Source: an uncultured virus (IMG/VR IMGVR_UViG_3300011741_000001) (lineage: Duplodnaviria > Heunggongvirae > Uroviricota > Caudoviricetes). From it: a stretch of 64,000 bases of DNA. The translations under genes and the position numbers were made by a program. Positions 54,940-64,000 of the stretch are shown here, one piece after another (position 1 is the stretch's first letter; each line of letters begins with the position of its first letter). Below the pieces are notes generated by a model, which had not been told where the DNA came from, ran no database searches, and saw only the letters and a list, made by a program, of their open reading frames with translations. The stretch spans positions 124,001 through 188,000 of the IMG/VR virus record IMGVR_UViG_3300011741_000001, one strand, 5' to 3'.

Positions 54940-56025
54940 CTAGTAGAACTTGCCCTTTTCGAATCCGTTCAGTTGTCTCAATGTGACCAGTTCCTTCAGG
55001 CCAATCGGGACATCCACTAATAAGGTCACGCTGCCCGTGTAGGCAACGTTGGTACTGGCGGCCGTAATCGTTACGCGCCGGTTGCGGTAATCAAACGCAA
55101 AGGTGTAGTCGGTTTCATCCAGATACAACTGACTGGCCAGACTCGCGATTAACGTCGGGATGGTGATTGTTTGTGTATTGCGATCCAACCCCACCTGTGC
55201 AGGTGTTAAAAGAGGAGGGGTCGTCCAGATGTTCGCGAGGGACATGCGGATGTAACTGAACGTCACCCAGTCTCCCACCACATCCGAAGGGGCGGTCAAC
55301 AGGTCAAGCTCGATACTGGTGTTGGCTCCCGCGCCCGTGCTCAGGGAGACCGTCTTCAGGTTACGCAGCGCAAACTGTGCTGGGGTGTAACTGAAGTGGT
55401 TGTCGAAGTTCATCTGTCCAATTAGCAAAGTAAGCGGGGACAAGGTGAAATCAACGGGGTAAACATCCGCGGGTGCGGTGTCAGTGGAACCAATGGGAAT
55501 CGGCTTAAAGCCTAAGAGGTTCCGTTGGGTTACGTCTTCGCCCCAATAATGCGGCAGAGCGTAAACAAAGGTTTCCGCGAACACAAACGAGTCGCACATA
55601 AAGGTCAATAACCAACGTTGGTCACTGTCACTGTAACGTACGAAACAGGCGTTCGGTGCATTGGTGATACGGCCTAAGGTAAACCCGAGTTGGGTTAATG
55701 CCGCTTCTACCATCGTTCGTCCGGCATTATCCCATGTACCGTTGGAGCTCGGTACCGACAGCGGGTTAAACCACGCCAACTCAGTGGGGCTGAACGTGAG
55801 AACATCCCCTAACTGAATTTTGGTGTGCTGAACGTCAACGTAATCGTCGTTCGCACTGAGATTGGACAAACGCACAGTATAGAAACCCGGAACAAACGAT
55901 TCCAGTTTTTCGATACCGGTGTTCGCCACACTGAGGTCGGTTTTCACCGTGTCAGCGTTAGCGAAATTCACCAAGTCTAAAAGTGACTGTTGGTGTGTTC
56001 GGGTGCGGTCAATGATAAACGACAT
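54940..56025 (-). CDS. Virion structural protein (duplicated paralogue module)
   Basis: LLDLVNFAN / LLIGQMNFDN...ANTSIEL...FSYIRMSL. Ends LRQLNGFEKG. Confidence 0.65.
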   Translation of the reverse strand: MSFIIDRTRTHQQSLLDLVNFANADTVKTDLSVANTGIEKLESFVPGFYTVRLSNLSANDDYVDVQHTKIQLGDVLTFSPTELAWFNPLSVPSSNGTWDNAGRTMVEAALTQLGFTLGRITNAPNACFVRYSDSDQRWLLTFMCDSFVFAETFVYALPHYWGEDVTQRNLLGFKPIPIGSTDTAPADVYPVDFTLSPLTLLIGQMNFDNHFSYTPAQFALRNLKTVSLSTGAGANTSIELDLLTAPSDVVGDWVTFSYIRMSLANIWTTPPLLTPAQVGLDRNTQTITIPTLIASLASQLYLDETDYTFAFDYRNRRVTITAASTNVAYTGSVTLLVDVPIGLKELVTLRQLNGFEKGKFY

Positions 56026-56079
56026 AGTCCGTCTCCGAAAGTAAAGACACCCGACCCACCGAAGTGAGTCGGGTAGGGG

Positions 56080-56475
56080 TCAGTAACCGTACAGCGGGTA
56101 ACGCGCCAGTACCGTCTTTCCCACCCAAAAGGTCAAGAACTGTGTGGCCACAGTCTTCACATCTGATGGGGGTGCTGACAGCTCTGCACGCACGCCCGCA
56201 TAACAACTCCCGGCGTCAATAAACTGGTAGGTTTTCAGTTTGGTGTTCACCAAATAGAATCCCCCACCGGGACAGACCTCCGTTTTCCCAAAGTTCACCA
56301 CGGCGAAATCGCCACCTTCCGATACGGTACGCGCTCTATCGGTTGCGCCGAATTTCACCTTGGCTTCGTCGGGGCTGTTGGGTTGATACCCCAGCATTTC
56401 ATTCGGATTGAACGCAGCCGCGTGAACTGTGTGTGTCAACAACAACAGGAAAATAACAGACAATACAGAACGCAT
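56080..56475 (-). CDS. Secreted protein
   Basis: Start MRSVLSVIFLLLLTHTVHA (signal peptide). Two Cys. Confidence 0.65.
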   Translation of the reverse strand: MRSVLSVIFLLLLTHTVHAAAFNPNEMLGYQPNSPDEAKVKFGATDRARTVSEGGDFAVVNFGKTEVCPGGGFYLVNTKLKTYQFIDAGSCYAGVRAELSAPPSDVKTVATQFLTFWVGKTVLARYPLYGY

Positions 56476-56951
56476 CAATTCATATCCTCTTCCAGATAGG
56501 CGAGAAGCCAAGTTTGTCTTTCTAACCGCGGCAGCATATTGCGCGTGTTTGGAGACCACCGCAGCTCGTGAACAAACTGTTTTGTGAAACGATGCCAGTG
56601 ATAGGTGAAAGACTTCGTGTCCATTTTCGCTTCACGAAGTACCTCCTCCCACTCTAAGTCCTTGATGAAACCGTCTATCACGAGATAAACCGATTCCCGC
56701 CAACTGCTGCGTCGAAAATGACGGTACAGGTGGATCTTCAAGTCGTTATAGTTTTTTCGACTGGTCCGCATTGCTGGTGTAGACTTCGGTAATGCAAGTT
56801 TAATGTGGTGATGGTGCAGAATGTTCACTGGCACACCGCGCACGGTTGACTTTTGCAAATCAACTGCCGCAGCCGGTAGACGTTCGGTGCGTTTCACCAC
56901 AATAGCATCACAATCACGCTGTTCACGTGTTTCGTAAACGACACGATACAT
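56475..56951 (-). CDS. Hypothetical protein
   Basis: Coupled ORF. Confidence 0.55.
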   Translation of the reverse strand: MYRVVYETREQRDCDAIVVKRTERLPAAAVDLQKSTVRGVPVNILHHHHIKLALPKSTPAMRTSRKNYNDLKIHLYRHFRRSSWRESVYLVIDGFIKDLEWEEVLREAKMDTKSFTYHWHRFTKQFVHELRWSPNTRNMLPRLERQTWLLAYLEEDMN

Positions 56952-56971
56952 TTTTTATTCTTCCCGAGAGC

Positions 56972-57448
56972 TTAATACATTTTTTTACCCACCGAGATAA
57001 AGACCGGCACCGTTTTGACAAACTTGGCGATACCAGCCTCAACCGACGGAGTTGTCGGTTGTGTTGCCGTGTTCGTCATACGGAAATATCGCTTATTATC
57101 CGCCCCCAGTAGCTGGTTCTCAATGCGCCAGCCTTTGCGGAGGAAGAAACAGAGACCATTGCTATTACTTTGTTCCACCCGGGTCGAGAGTTTACGGTCG
57201 GCGGTTAAAGACCGAACGTAATTCACCAGATAACTTCCCACCCCACTTAAGCGTGATTCTTCAGGTACATAGAGGTAGGACACCTCACCCGCACTGTAGA
57301 TTATCGCCCCACGGACGATATCATCCTCCACGGCCATCACGACACTCAACGGCTCGGCACGGTAGCTGTTCTCCGTGGCCAGATAGTTAAAGAGTTCGGG
57401 ATAGAGCTCATGGGATATCTTGTCTAACGCGACAGGTATCACGTTCAT
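56972..57448 (-). CDS. GNAT acetyltransferase
   Basis: YLYVPEESRLSGVGSYLV...SNSNGLCFFLRKGW. Confidence 0.85.
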   Translation of the reverse strand: MNVIPVALDKISHELYPELFNYLATENSYRAEPLSVVMAVEDDIVRGAIIYSAGEVSYLYVPEESRLSGVGSYLVNYVRSLTADRKLSTRVEQSNSNGLCFFLRKGWRIENQLLGADNKRYFRMTNTATQPTTPSVEAGIAKFVKTVPVFISVGKKMY

Positions 57449-57451
57449 TCG

Positions 57452-58102
57452 TTAGTCTCTCTGTTCGTGGTGTTCCACAAGGCTAAGAAAATGGTCCCAC
57501 GCCATGTCCGCACGATGTTGACTCTCCCGCGGCAAACCCGGTAGCAGTTTGTTTAAGGGGATATCGTGCAATAGCGTGTGAGCAGCAGCTCTGTTCCAGT
57601 TACGGTGGTCGACCATCTCGTCTTCCAGCTGACGCAATAACGCATCCACTGTCAGGGGTTGATAGTTCAAGCGCGGACGAACCCACGTGATCAACAAGTG
57701 GTTGACCTTCGGACGGTTGACCCAACTGAGACTAAAGCCGTGCTCAAAACGGTTCTTTCCAGATACATCGACGCCAACACACGCCTCATAGAGATTGCGA
57801 AGAATCAGCAGTCGTTTCAAGAACGCCTCGACGGTCTTGTGATTCTGGAAGTGCAGGGCCTGTGCCAACCCAGTGGACTGCATCAACCAACGGTGGAAGT
57901 TCAGTCCCCAACGCCCCTCCGGGAAGTTCCGGGGCTGCTCGGCGGGTGTCGCGCCGTTGCGTTCCAGTACGTCTTTCAACGTCAGCTCAATAATCTTGCG
58001 TTTGGTCTCAAGCGTGTAGCGGTAGCCTTTGTCATTACTGAAATGTACCAGTAACTCGTCGACGGGTAACACAACGACCCGTTTATCTAAATGTAAATCC
58101 AT
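57452..58102 (-). CDS. Hypothetical protein
   Basis: Start MDLHLDK. The ORF-track extension runs through a terminator at about 58145-58178. Confidence 0.6.
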   Translation of the reverse strand: MDLHLDKRVVVLPVDELLVHFSNDKGYRYTLETKRKIIELTLKDVLERNGATPAEQPRNFPEGRWGLNFHRWLMQSTGLAQALHFQNHKTVEAFLKRLLILRNLYEACVGVDVSGKNRFEHGFSLSWVNRPKVNHLLITWVRPRLNYQPLTVDALLRQLEDEMVDHRNWNRAAAHTLLHDIPLNKLLPGLPRESQHRADMAWDHFLSLVEHHEQRD

Positions 58103-58182
58103 AATGTCACCCTCGGTTAAGTACACACCAAATAACCAAGGCGTAAAAAGAAAAAGACCGAACCCTTTGGGGTTCGGTATCT

Positions 58183-58743
58183 TTATTTCGTTTGGGTCGG
58201 TGCTGAGGCGTTGGCTTTGTTCATTTTGTGCTCCACCACTTTCGCGGAGATAGCCAGTGAACTGTACGCCAGCGTTTTGATGGGCACGGCAATCATCGCA
58301 ATACACACCCCAATCGGGATAAGTGCGGTGAGCAGGGCATCCATCCGATCCACAACCGGTTGCTGCAGTGTGTCGTACTCTAACACCCCGGTAATGCCCA
58401 CAGTGGACAACACCAAAAATACCACCAGTACCCGCATTCCCGCAGTCATGGTTGGCCAGAGTGTTAAGACGGTTTCCTTGCTGTACTTTGCATCCATCCC
58501 CTCAATTGAGTCCACCGCGAGTTTCTGGAACGCTTCTGCCATCACCCCGACTTTGTCCACGATAAACGGACGCAGTTGGGAAAGGATAGAGTTCGCAGGC
58601 ATCGTGATGTCAATCGCACCCGACCCTAAGGTCTGTACCGCGGTCTGGACGGTGTTCGCTTCTTCCGGGGTGAGCACACGGTCACCGGCCTGAATCAGCG
58701 TGTCCAGCAACGCCGGTGCGGCGGTTTGCAAGGAGTCTGTCAT
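58183..58743 (-). CDS. Membrane protein (two TM helices)
   Basis: Start MTDSLQ after GGAGG. Two hydrophobic segments. Confidence 0.65.
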   Translation of the reverse strand: MTDSLQTAAPALLDTLIQAGDRVLTPEEANTVQTAVQTLGSGAIDITMPANSILSQLRPFIVDKVGVMAEAFQKLAVDSIEGMDAKYSKETVLTLWPTMTAGMRVLVVFLVLSTVGITGVLEYDTLQQPVVDRMDALLTALIPIGVCIAMIAVPIKTLAYSSLAISAKVVEHKMNKANASAPTQTK

Positions 58744-58747
58744 CGTA

Positions 58748-59392
58748 TTACCTCCGTCGTTTACCCTTGCGAGCTTTCGGCTTCTTAGGCTTCTTCTCAC
58801 GCGGGGGCATCAGACTGTTCAGATTTAACAACGAAATGCGCATGAACGCATTACCTACCGCCACGGCATCGATGGAGTGTTCATCAAGCAGATTCAAATC
58901 AATCAGCGTGCTCTCACCGTATAACCCTTTCACTGCGGCGGCCATGTGGGTTTTGTCGGTGCCTTTGGCATTGACGCCCACATAGTTTTTCACAAGAATA
59001 GGGTTGTAGCCGTGTAACGTCATGTGCGGGTAAACCTGAAAGAGGGTTTGACGCAGCATGCGCTGCAGCTCGACCCCCGACTCGTAAGCCGAGAGTTTCG
59101 CGCGTTGCATAAAGGGTGTTTCAGTGCAGGCAAAGGTAGGACGGGCGATGCTCAGGAAATCCCGCCACCCGGCTTCTAATCCGGCCATGCGGTGGTCACG
59201 CTTACCGCAGGCTTCAGAGAAACTCGATTGGTGGGTCGGGTCTGGCACGTGCAGGGTTTCTGACCACACCACTTTGGCCAAGTCTTCACCCCACACCCAA
59301 TCCAACACAGCTAACCCCAGATACGATGTTCCGGGGTCGACGCAAGCGATGCGAACCGAGTTATCAGGAAACTCCGGTTCGGGGATCAGCAT
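58748..59392 (-). CDS. RuvC-like Holliday junction resolvase
   Basis: IACVDPGTSYLG, ETPF, GTDK..M, DEHSIDAVAVG acidic catalytic motifs. Confidence 0.8.
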   Translation of the reverse strand: MLIPEPEFPDNSVRIACVDPGTSYLGLAVLDWVWGEDLAKVVWSETLHVPDPTHQSSFSEACGKRDHRMAGLEAGWRDFLSIARPTFACTETPFMQRAKLSAYESGVELQRMLRQTLFQVYPHMTLHGYNPILVKNYVGVNAKGTDKTHMAAAVKGLYGESTLIDLNLLDEHSIDAVAVGNAFMRISLLNLNSLMPPREKKPKKPKARKGKRRR

Positions 59393-60279
59393 CAGTTCGG
59401 GCCTAACCAGAACGGCACGGTCTGACCGATACGGATGTTCAGCGCGAGGTCATCGTTGGTGATGGCCAGATTCACGAACAGGTCGATGAAATACAGCGCC
59501 TGCAACCCAATCGCTTCTTCGTAACTGAACTTCGAACCGGTTGACGATTCCGCTGTCGCGGCAGCTGGGATACCTGAGCACAGCGCAATCTCCGACACCA
59601 CTGAACTGCTGGACGTCCCACGAATAATCTCGCAGACGTTCATGTACTCCTGCACGTCGAAGTCTGTCCACGAAATCTGCAGGTCAGCGCCTGACTCAAC
59701 CAGACGACCCGACGGCAGTTCTACTGTACCATCATTATCGTAGTCGTAGTCCGGCAACACGCCCGGAGTAGGGAACAGTTCGTTGTCGGTGTAGACGAAC
59801 GGCACAATCTGTTCGTTACCGTCTTCGTCACGGTAGATGTCCAGATCGGTGGTCTCGACCGCACGGGTATCGAGTTTACGCACCCAGTAACCCACGTACT
59901 GACGACCGTTGTACTCTTTGATGATACGCCCGGCGTAGTTCTCACGTTGGGCATCCGTCAAGTCGTTATCCAGCGTACGCAGCACAAACGGCATGAAGTT
60001 AAACAGACCCGAATACGACGCCTTCTTCCCGTAAGGAATAAAGTCGTAGATGCCATCGGTTTCCACCGCGGTGTGACCTTTGTTGCCGATACACATGTAT
60101 TGCAGGTGCGGACGGTCAGTACCGGCGGGCTGCTGTGACGTCATGAAGTTCAACGCTTCATTGATAGTGGACTTCTGCGGGTATTTGACATCCGCCCCCA
60201 TTATCAATGCCGACGCCAGACGCATAGCGTTCACCGTCACGGTGTTCATCTTACCGTCGTAAAGTTTGGTACTAGCCAT
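59392..60279 (-). CDS. Conserved phiKZ-like virion structural protein
   Basis: YMCIGNKGH, MPFVLR..DNDL, SEIALCSG, which I recall as typical of jumbo phage structural genes. Confidence 0.65.
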   Translation of the reverse strand: MASTKLYDGKMNTVTVNAMRLASALIMGADVKYPQKSTINEALNFMTSQQPAGTDRPHLQYMCIGNKGHTAVETDGIYDFIPYGKKASYSGLFNFMPFVLRTLDNDLTDAQRENYAGRIIKEYNGRQYVGYWVRKLDTRAVETTDLDIYRDEDGNEQIVPFVYTDNELFPTPGVLPDYDYDNDGTVELPSGRLVESGADLQISWTDFDVQEYMNVCEIIRGTSSSSVVSEIALCSGIPAAATAESSTGSKFSYEEAIGLQALYFIDLFVNLAITNDDLALNIRIGQTVPFWLGPN

Positions 60280-60799
60280 TTAACTCTCCTGGATGACGAA
60301 ATCCGTCCAGCTTCGTTTTGGTCACCAGTAGCTTAAGCTTACGTGGTGTCGGGTCAACGAACTGAACAGCAATGGTGCCTTTCAACGACAAGTGTCGAGG
60401 TATCAGACGCAGAATGTAGTTTTCTGCGTCCTCAGGGATAGGCTCGATGAGAATCTGGTGTCGGGTTAAGTTGACACCCAATTCGTCGAAGACATACGGG
60501 GCCAAGTCTTGGCTCCATTGGACGGCACCTTGCGGTACCTTCACGACAGCCCCTTTCAGGAGTTTGTTCAGGTCTCCACGGATATAGTAGAAATCCTGAC
60601 CCCCTTTCAGACCGCCACTGAACAGCCCAGCCGCTTTTGATTCCGCGTTATGACGGCGAGCTTCGAACTTGTCCAGCGGGACAGCCCCACGGGCGTTAAA
60701 CGTTAACGTGGCCGGTGTATAAGAAGAGCCGAGTACGTAATTGATGCGATTAATCAGTATTTCTGGTGCGGTTTTCGATAAATCCACACGGTAAGCCAT
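60272..60799 (-). CDS. Virion structural protein (paralogue module)
   Basis: ILINRIN...FYYIR.DL. C-terminal KTKLDGF. Confidence 0.6.
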   Translation of the reverse strand: MAYRVDLSKTAPEILINRINYVLGSSYTPATLTFNARGAVPLDKFEARRHNAESKAAGLFSGGLKGGQDFYYIRGDLNKLLKGAVVKVPQGAVQWSQDLAPYVFDELGVNLTRHQILIEPIPEDAENYILRLIPRHLSLKGTIAVQFVDPTPRKLKLLVTKTKLDGFRHPGELNG

Positions 60800-60806
60800 A
60801 GGAGTC

Positions 60807-62990
60807 TCACTCTAAGTTGTCGGTTGTGAAACCGGGCAGCGAACGGTTGCGCACCCGACTCGTCATGGACCCGTCACCGGTCTCCACGTCAGCACGAACA
60901 ACATCCACCATTGGGTGCTCGACATTGACCGTAACCTGCTGTACCACTCGCACACGAATCCCCGGACGAATGGCCATTCGGTAGCGCATGTGCGCCGGGA
61001 CAGACGTTCGCAACAATCTCGGGAGTGGGTCAAGGGGACGGTTACACACCATCGTGGCGTCGATTTTCATCTCACCCACACCGGCTAAATCCGCTTCGAC
61101 ATCCACGTGACCTTTGGCAGACAATAAACTGTCGTCCATCATTGGGGTAATCGGATCGGTGACATCGTACGTGTCGCCGGTCATCTTCGAAGCGAAGTGT
61201 ACGGTGTAGGACGCCAGCGTGGTCATCAACTTCACCATCGCCCGCTGAATCTCAGCTTGGGAAACGGTAGTCTTGGTGTCGTAACTGGTGGCCGTATTGA
61301 ACGCGTCATTTGCGATGTCCTGCCACGTCTCATCCGAGATGATCGTGTAGTCAATCGCATACGCTTTGAAGAACGCGTCGTAGTTTTTGTACGCTAATCC
61401 CAGCGGGCACTTGTAGTCCCGGTAGAAATAGGTCATCAACTGTTTCCCCGCCGCGTTATCAGACAACTTATGGCGGTTTAACGCGTAACTGTAACGGCGG
61501 CGTTTGTTTTCCAGTATCGTGTTGGCGATGTCGTACATCTCATCGCTGTTCTCAATCTGCGTCAGCTGTTCGGTGTGCGTGTCCGCGAAATACTCAATCA
61601 TCGCGGTGTAGCGACCGTTCCAGCTTGGCATGAGATACTGTTCCATCTCCTCAACCGACACCCAACGTTTAATCAGCACGCCAATGGCATTGAAGTCCGG
61701 GATGGTATCCAGCGTGGTGCCGGAGTAACCTTTGAACGCCGCGTACAGGTACAACGCCATCAGCTCTTTGGTGCTGATTTTGATGGTGTCACCGGACGTT
61801 GGGTTTAACACCTCGTGCATCAGGTTGTATTTACCCAGTGCCGTGTAGTGCAACCACTCATTAAACAGCAGGTGCGCGAACTCCCAGCGTTCAATGGCTT
61901 CCGGGTCAACCGAGGTGACCTCCACGAGCTTGGTGGGCTGACTGCCGTATTGGGCTAAGCTCAAACGGGTGTCAAGGTCGGTTTGGTATTCGCTCTCGTA
62001 CTTGTCGTTGTCGTACGCCAACCCGTACTCTTTCGAGATAAGGTCTGCGGTGGACACCAGTGTCAGGTCACGACCACTGTCACGTTCTTTGTAGTTGAGC
62101 GATTCCGCGTACCCAGTGGGTTTCGGTACGAGGTCAGCTTCTTCCCCGGTGGACGGGTCATGAATCAGCTGCGACACGTTATACGCCACCGCCGGCATAC
62201 TCCAGCCCGTCAGGAAGGCATCCACCATGCTGTCGAAGATGGTTTGTTTGCCGGAGTTACGTTCCCAGTAGCGGATGTTCCGGTACAGAATGAACTTCTG
62301 CTTCTGAGTCAGGTACGGGATGAATTCGTGTAGCGACTGGTGCGAGGCCAGGAACTCGGTCACGTGGAACGAGTGGGTTTCCACCGTGTGCACTTTCTTC
62401 TGGCGCAGGAACATCAACTGGCCGGGAATCGCCGGGAACAGTTTCAGGTAGAAGCCCAACACGAACGCATCGTTGTGGACTTTCCACCCGTCGGCCATAA
62501 AGCGCACGTGCGTCATGTACAACCAGCGCTCGAGGTCACCAATCAGTGCCGTCTCCTGCGATTCGACCAGTTTCGCATCGTAATACAGGACAGCGCAATC
62601 ATTTGCAGGTACCGAGACCGACATGGGAATTGGCCAGAACACCCCTTTGATATAATGGACGTAATCCAGATTATCAAGGATGAGCTGATCGATGTACGTA
62701 TCGGGGTCGCTGCGATAAAGATTCGAGGTTTTCTTATGACGGGCGAGGTTCGCTATAGTCAACTCGATGTCTTGCTTCGTATCTAATGACCTTATTAACA
62801 ACGGCTTGTCTGTTTCATGACGAATCCCCGCAAGGTGTTGGTAATAACGCCATGTGCTACGATCATCAAGAACGCTTTTGCCACTCTCAATAATGGCCAG
62901 ATTCATTTGCTGCGCAATCGTATCGGATTTAAAGATGAGCGATTTTGCCAGCGCTATGTTCTGGTCGCGATAAATATTGAACCTTTGCAT
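60807..62990 (-). CDS. Conserved phiKZ-like virion structural (baseplate-type) protein
   Basis: WRYYQHLAG..H.TD...SLDT, HSFHV..FLASH, LYRNIRY..RNSGK motifs. Confidence 0.65.
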   Translation of the reverse strand: MQRFNIYRDQNIALAKSLIFKSDTIAQQMNLAIIESGKSVLDDRSTWRYYQHLAGIRHETDKPLLIRSLDTKQDIELTIANLARHKKTSNLYRSDPDTYIDQLILDNLDYVHYIKGVFWPIPMSVSVPANDCAVLYYDAKLVESQETALIGDLERWLYMTHVRFMADGWKVHNDAFVLGFYLKLFPAIPGQLMFLRQKKVHTVETHSFHVTEFLASHQSLHEFIPYLTQKQKFILYRNIRYWERNSGKQTIFDSMVDAFLTGWSMPAVAYNVSQLIHDPSTGEEADLVPKPTGYAESLNYKERDSGRDLTLVSTADLISKEYGLAYDNDKYESEYQTDLDTRLSLAQYGSQPTKLVEVTSVDPEAIERWEFAHLLFNEWLHYTALGKYNLMHEVLNPTSGDTIKISTKELMALYLYAAFKGYSGTTLDTIPDFNAIGVLIKRWVSVEEMEQYLMPSWNGRYTAMIEYFADTHTEQLTQIENSDEMYDIANTILENKRRRYSYALNRHKLSDNAAGKQLMTYFYRDYKCPLGLAYKNYDAFFKAYAIDYTIISDETWQDIANDAFNTATSYDTKTTVSQAEIQRAMVKLMTTLASYTVHFASKMTGDTYDVTDPITPMMDDSLLSAKGHVDVEADLAGVGEMKIDATMVCNRPLDPLPRLLRTSVPAHMRYRMAIRPGIRVRVVQQVTVNVEHPMVDVVRADVETGDGSMTSRVRNRSLPGFTTDNLE

Positions 62991-63004
62991 TTACGGAGAC
63001 CCCA

Positions 63005-64000
63005 ATGGATGATATCAAAAAGCTGGCGTCACGCGACCCAGCCGTTGCCGCATTGTTGCGCAAGGCAACCGGGCCCAGTGCCGGTCAGGAGCGTGGTAAG
63101 CGAGAAGAGGGTGGTACAACCCCAACGCGTACTGAATTAACCAGCTTAGCCAGTGCACGTATCCGAACTATCCGTAACTCGGAGAAAATCTTTCAGGCAC
63201 TGCCTGAGTTAGAGACGATTATCACCATTGCGGTATCGACCTTACTCTCTACAAAAGATTTGATCAACACGTCAATTGTCTACGACTCCAAAGCGGATAT
63301 TCCGTTGGATTTGCTGGCTGACCTGATTGAAAACGTGCGTGATTTCAATGACCACGAACGTGGCTTGCCGGGCAAGCTCTATAACTGGATGTACGATGCT
63401 TACCGTTCCAAAGGTGCCACCCCGGTACTGTTCATCTCTGATGCGGGCTTCGATGAGTTGTTTAAACTCGAAGGCGTAAAACCGGATGAAGCACTCGGTG
63501 TAGGCGGGCTGGATGCGAAGGTCGCGCAGGAGTCTACCCGCCGTACCCAACGCTTTGCCAACTACTTTGAAGCTCAGCAGGGCCATCTCGGCTTTATCGA
63601 CAAAAGCGATAAACCGCTGGTCGGTCTGGAAAGCATCCTGCGTCGCAAAACCAGTAAGCCGGCGGGTCCGCAGAAACTCAATCTGGATCTGAGTGAACTG
63701 TTCGAATCCGGTAAAGGTGATACCTTAACACTCACGGTGACCGACAACGCCCGCATTTATCTGGCCGGTGAAGCCTTCCGTCGTGTGGCACACGAAAACG
63801 CCCGTAGCAGCCTATACGGACAGTTGGAACAGACTGCATATGAACAGGTGCATGGTGGTCTGGCTGAGCGTTTTGACGGGGATAAATTCCAGGACGCCAA
63901 CGACAAGAAACAGAAGTGGATGAACATCTCGGATCTCAATGAGACCTACCGCACCACGCCAGAACAAATGGCGTACGCAGAGATTCCTTCACTGTCCATC
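63005..64000 (+). CDS. Probable portal / head protein, 3'-truncated (absent from the ORF track)
   Basis: ATG 63005 after GGAG; no stop seen in frame. IFQALPELETIITIAVSTLLSTKDL resembles phiKZ-type portal N-termini as I recall them. AQE/GLE protease-type sites present. Confidence 0.5.
   Translation, partial: MDDIKKLASRDPAVAALLRKATGPSAGQERGKREEGGTTPTRTELTSLASARIRTIRNSEKIFQALPELETIITIAVSTLLSTKDLINTSIVYDSKADIPLDLLADLIENVRDFNDHERGLPGKLYNWMYDAYRSKGATPVLFISDAGFDELFKLEGVKPDEALGVGGLDAKVAQESTRRTQRFANYFEAQQGHLGFIDKSDKPLVGLESILRRKTSKPAGPQKLNLDLSELFESGKGDTLTLTVTDNARIYLAGEAFRRVAHENARSSLYGQLEQTAYEQVHGGLAERFDGDKFQDANDKKQKWMNISDLNETYRTTPEQMAYAEIPSLSI

Noticed and set aside
1..64000. tRNA/rRNA genes, introns, inteins, homing endonucleases, IS elements
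   Set aside because: None recognised by eye. Intergenic spaces are short and accounted for by terminators and RBS sites.

Overview
This window is a fragment of a phiKZ/SPN3US-like jumbo myophage genome (Chimalliviridae-type). An AmsF/WceF homologue points to an Erwinia/Pantoea-type enterobacterial host. Layout: (1) 1-15.8 kb, mostly + strand: two tail-fibre-type virion genes, then a compact operon of three paralogous Cys-x-x-x repeat peptides, an orphan gene, two radical SAM enzymes (one with a SPASM domain), a degenerate radical-SAM-like protein and a DUF4376-like protein, followed by a GH108 endolysin and a DUF1353 gene. (2) 15.8-34.3 kb, - strand: a large array of modular paralogous virion/tail proteins, including a duplicated three-gene cassette, a T-even gp38-like adhesin domain and an AmsF-like tailspike. 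(3) 34.5-59.4 kb, - strand: small early/accessory genes (dam, tmk, several GNATs, HTH proteins, SLOG/DprA-like, RuvC-like) with UUCG terminators and a repeated candidate early promoter. (4) 59.4-64 kb: conserved structural genes and a probable portal gene truncated at the 3' end. The most notable feature is the phage-encoded CXXX-repeat/radical SAM post-translational modification system inside the tail-fibre module, whose substrates look like fibre subunits rather than secreted peptides. A candidate +1 frameshift extension at about 15570 and an unlisted 33-aa peptide after the endolysin are also notable. All family assignments come from motif recognition by eye; no database searches were run.
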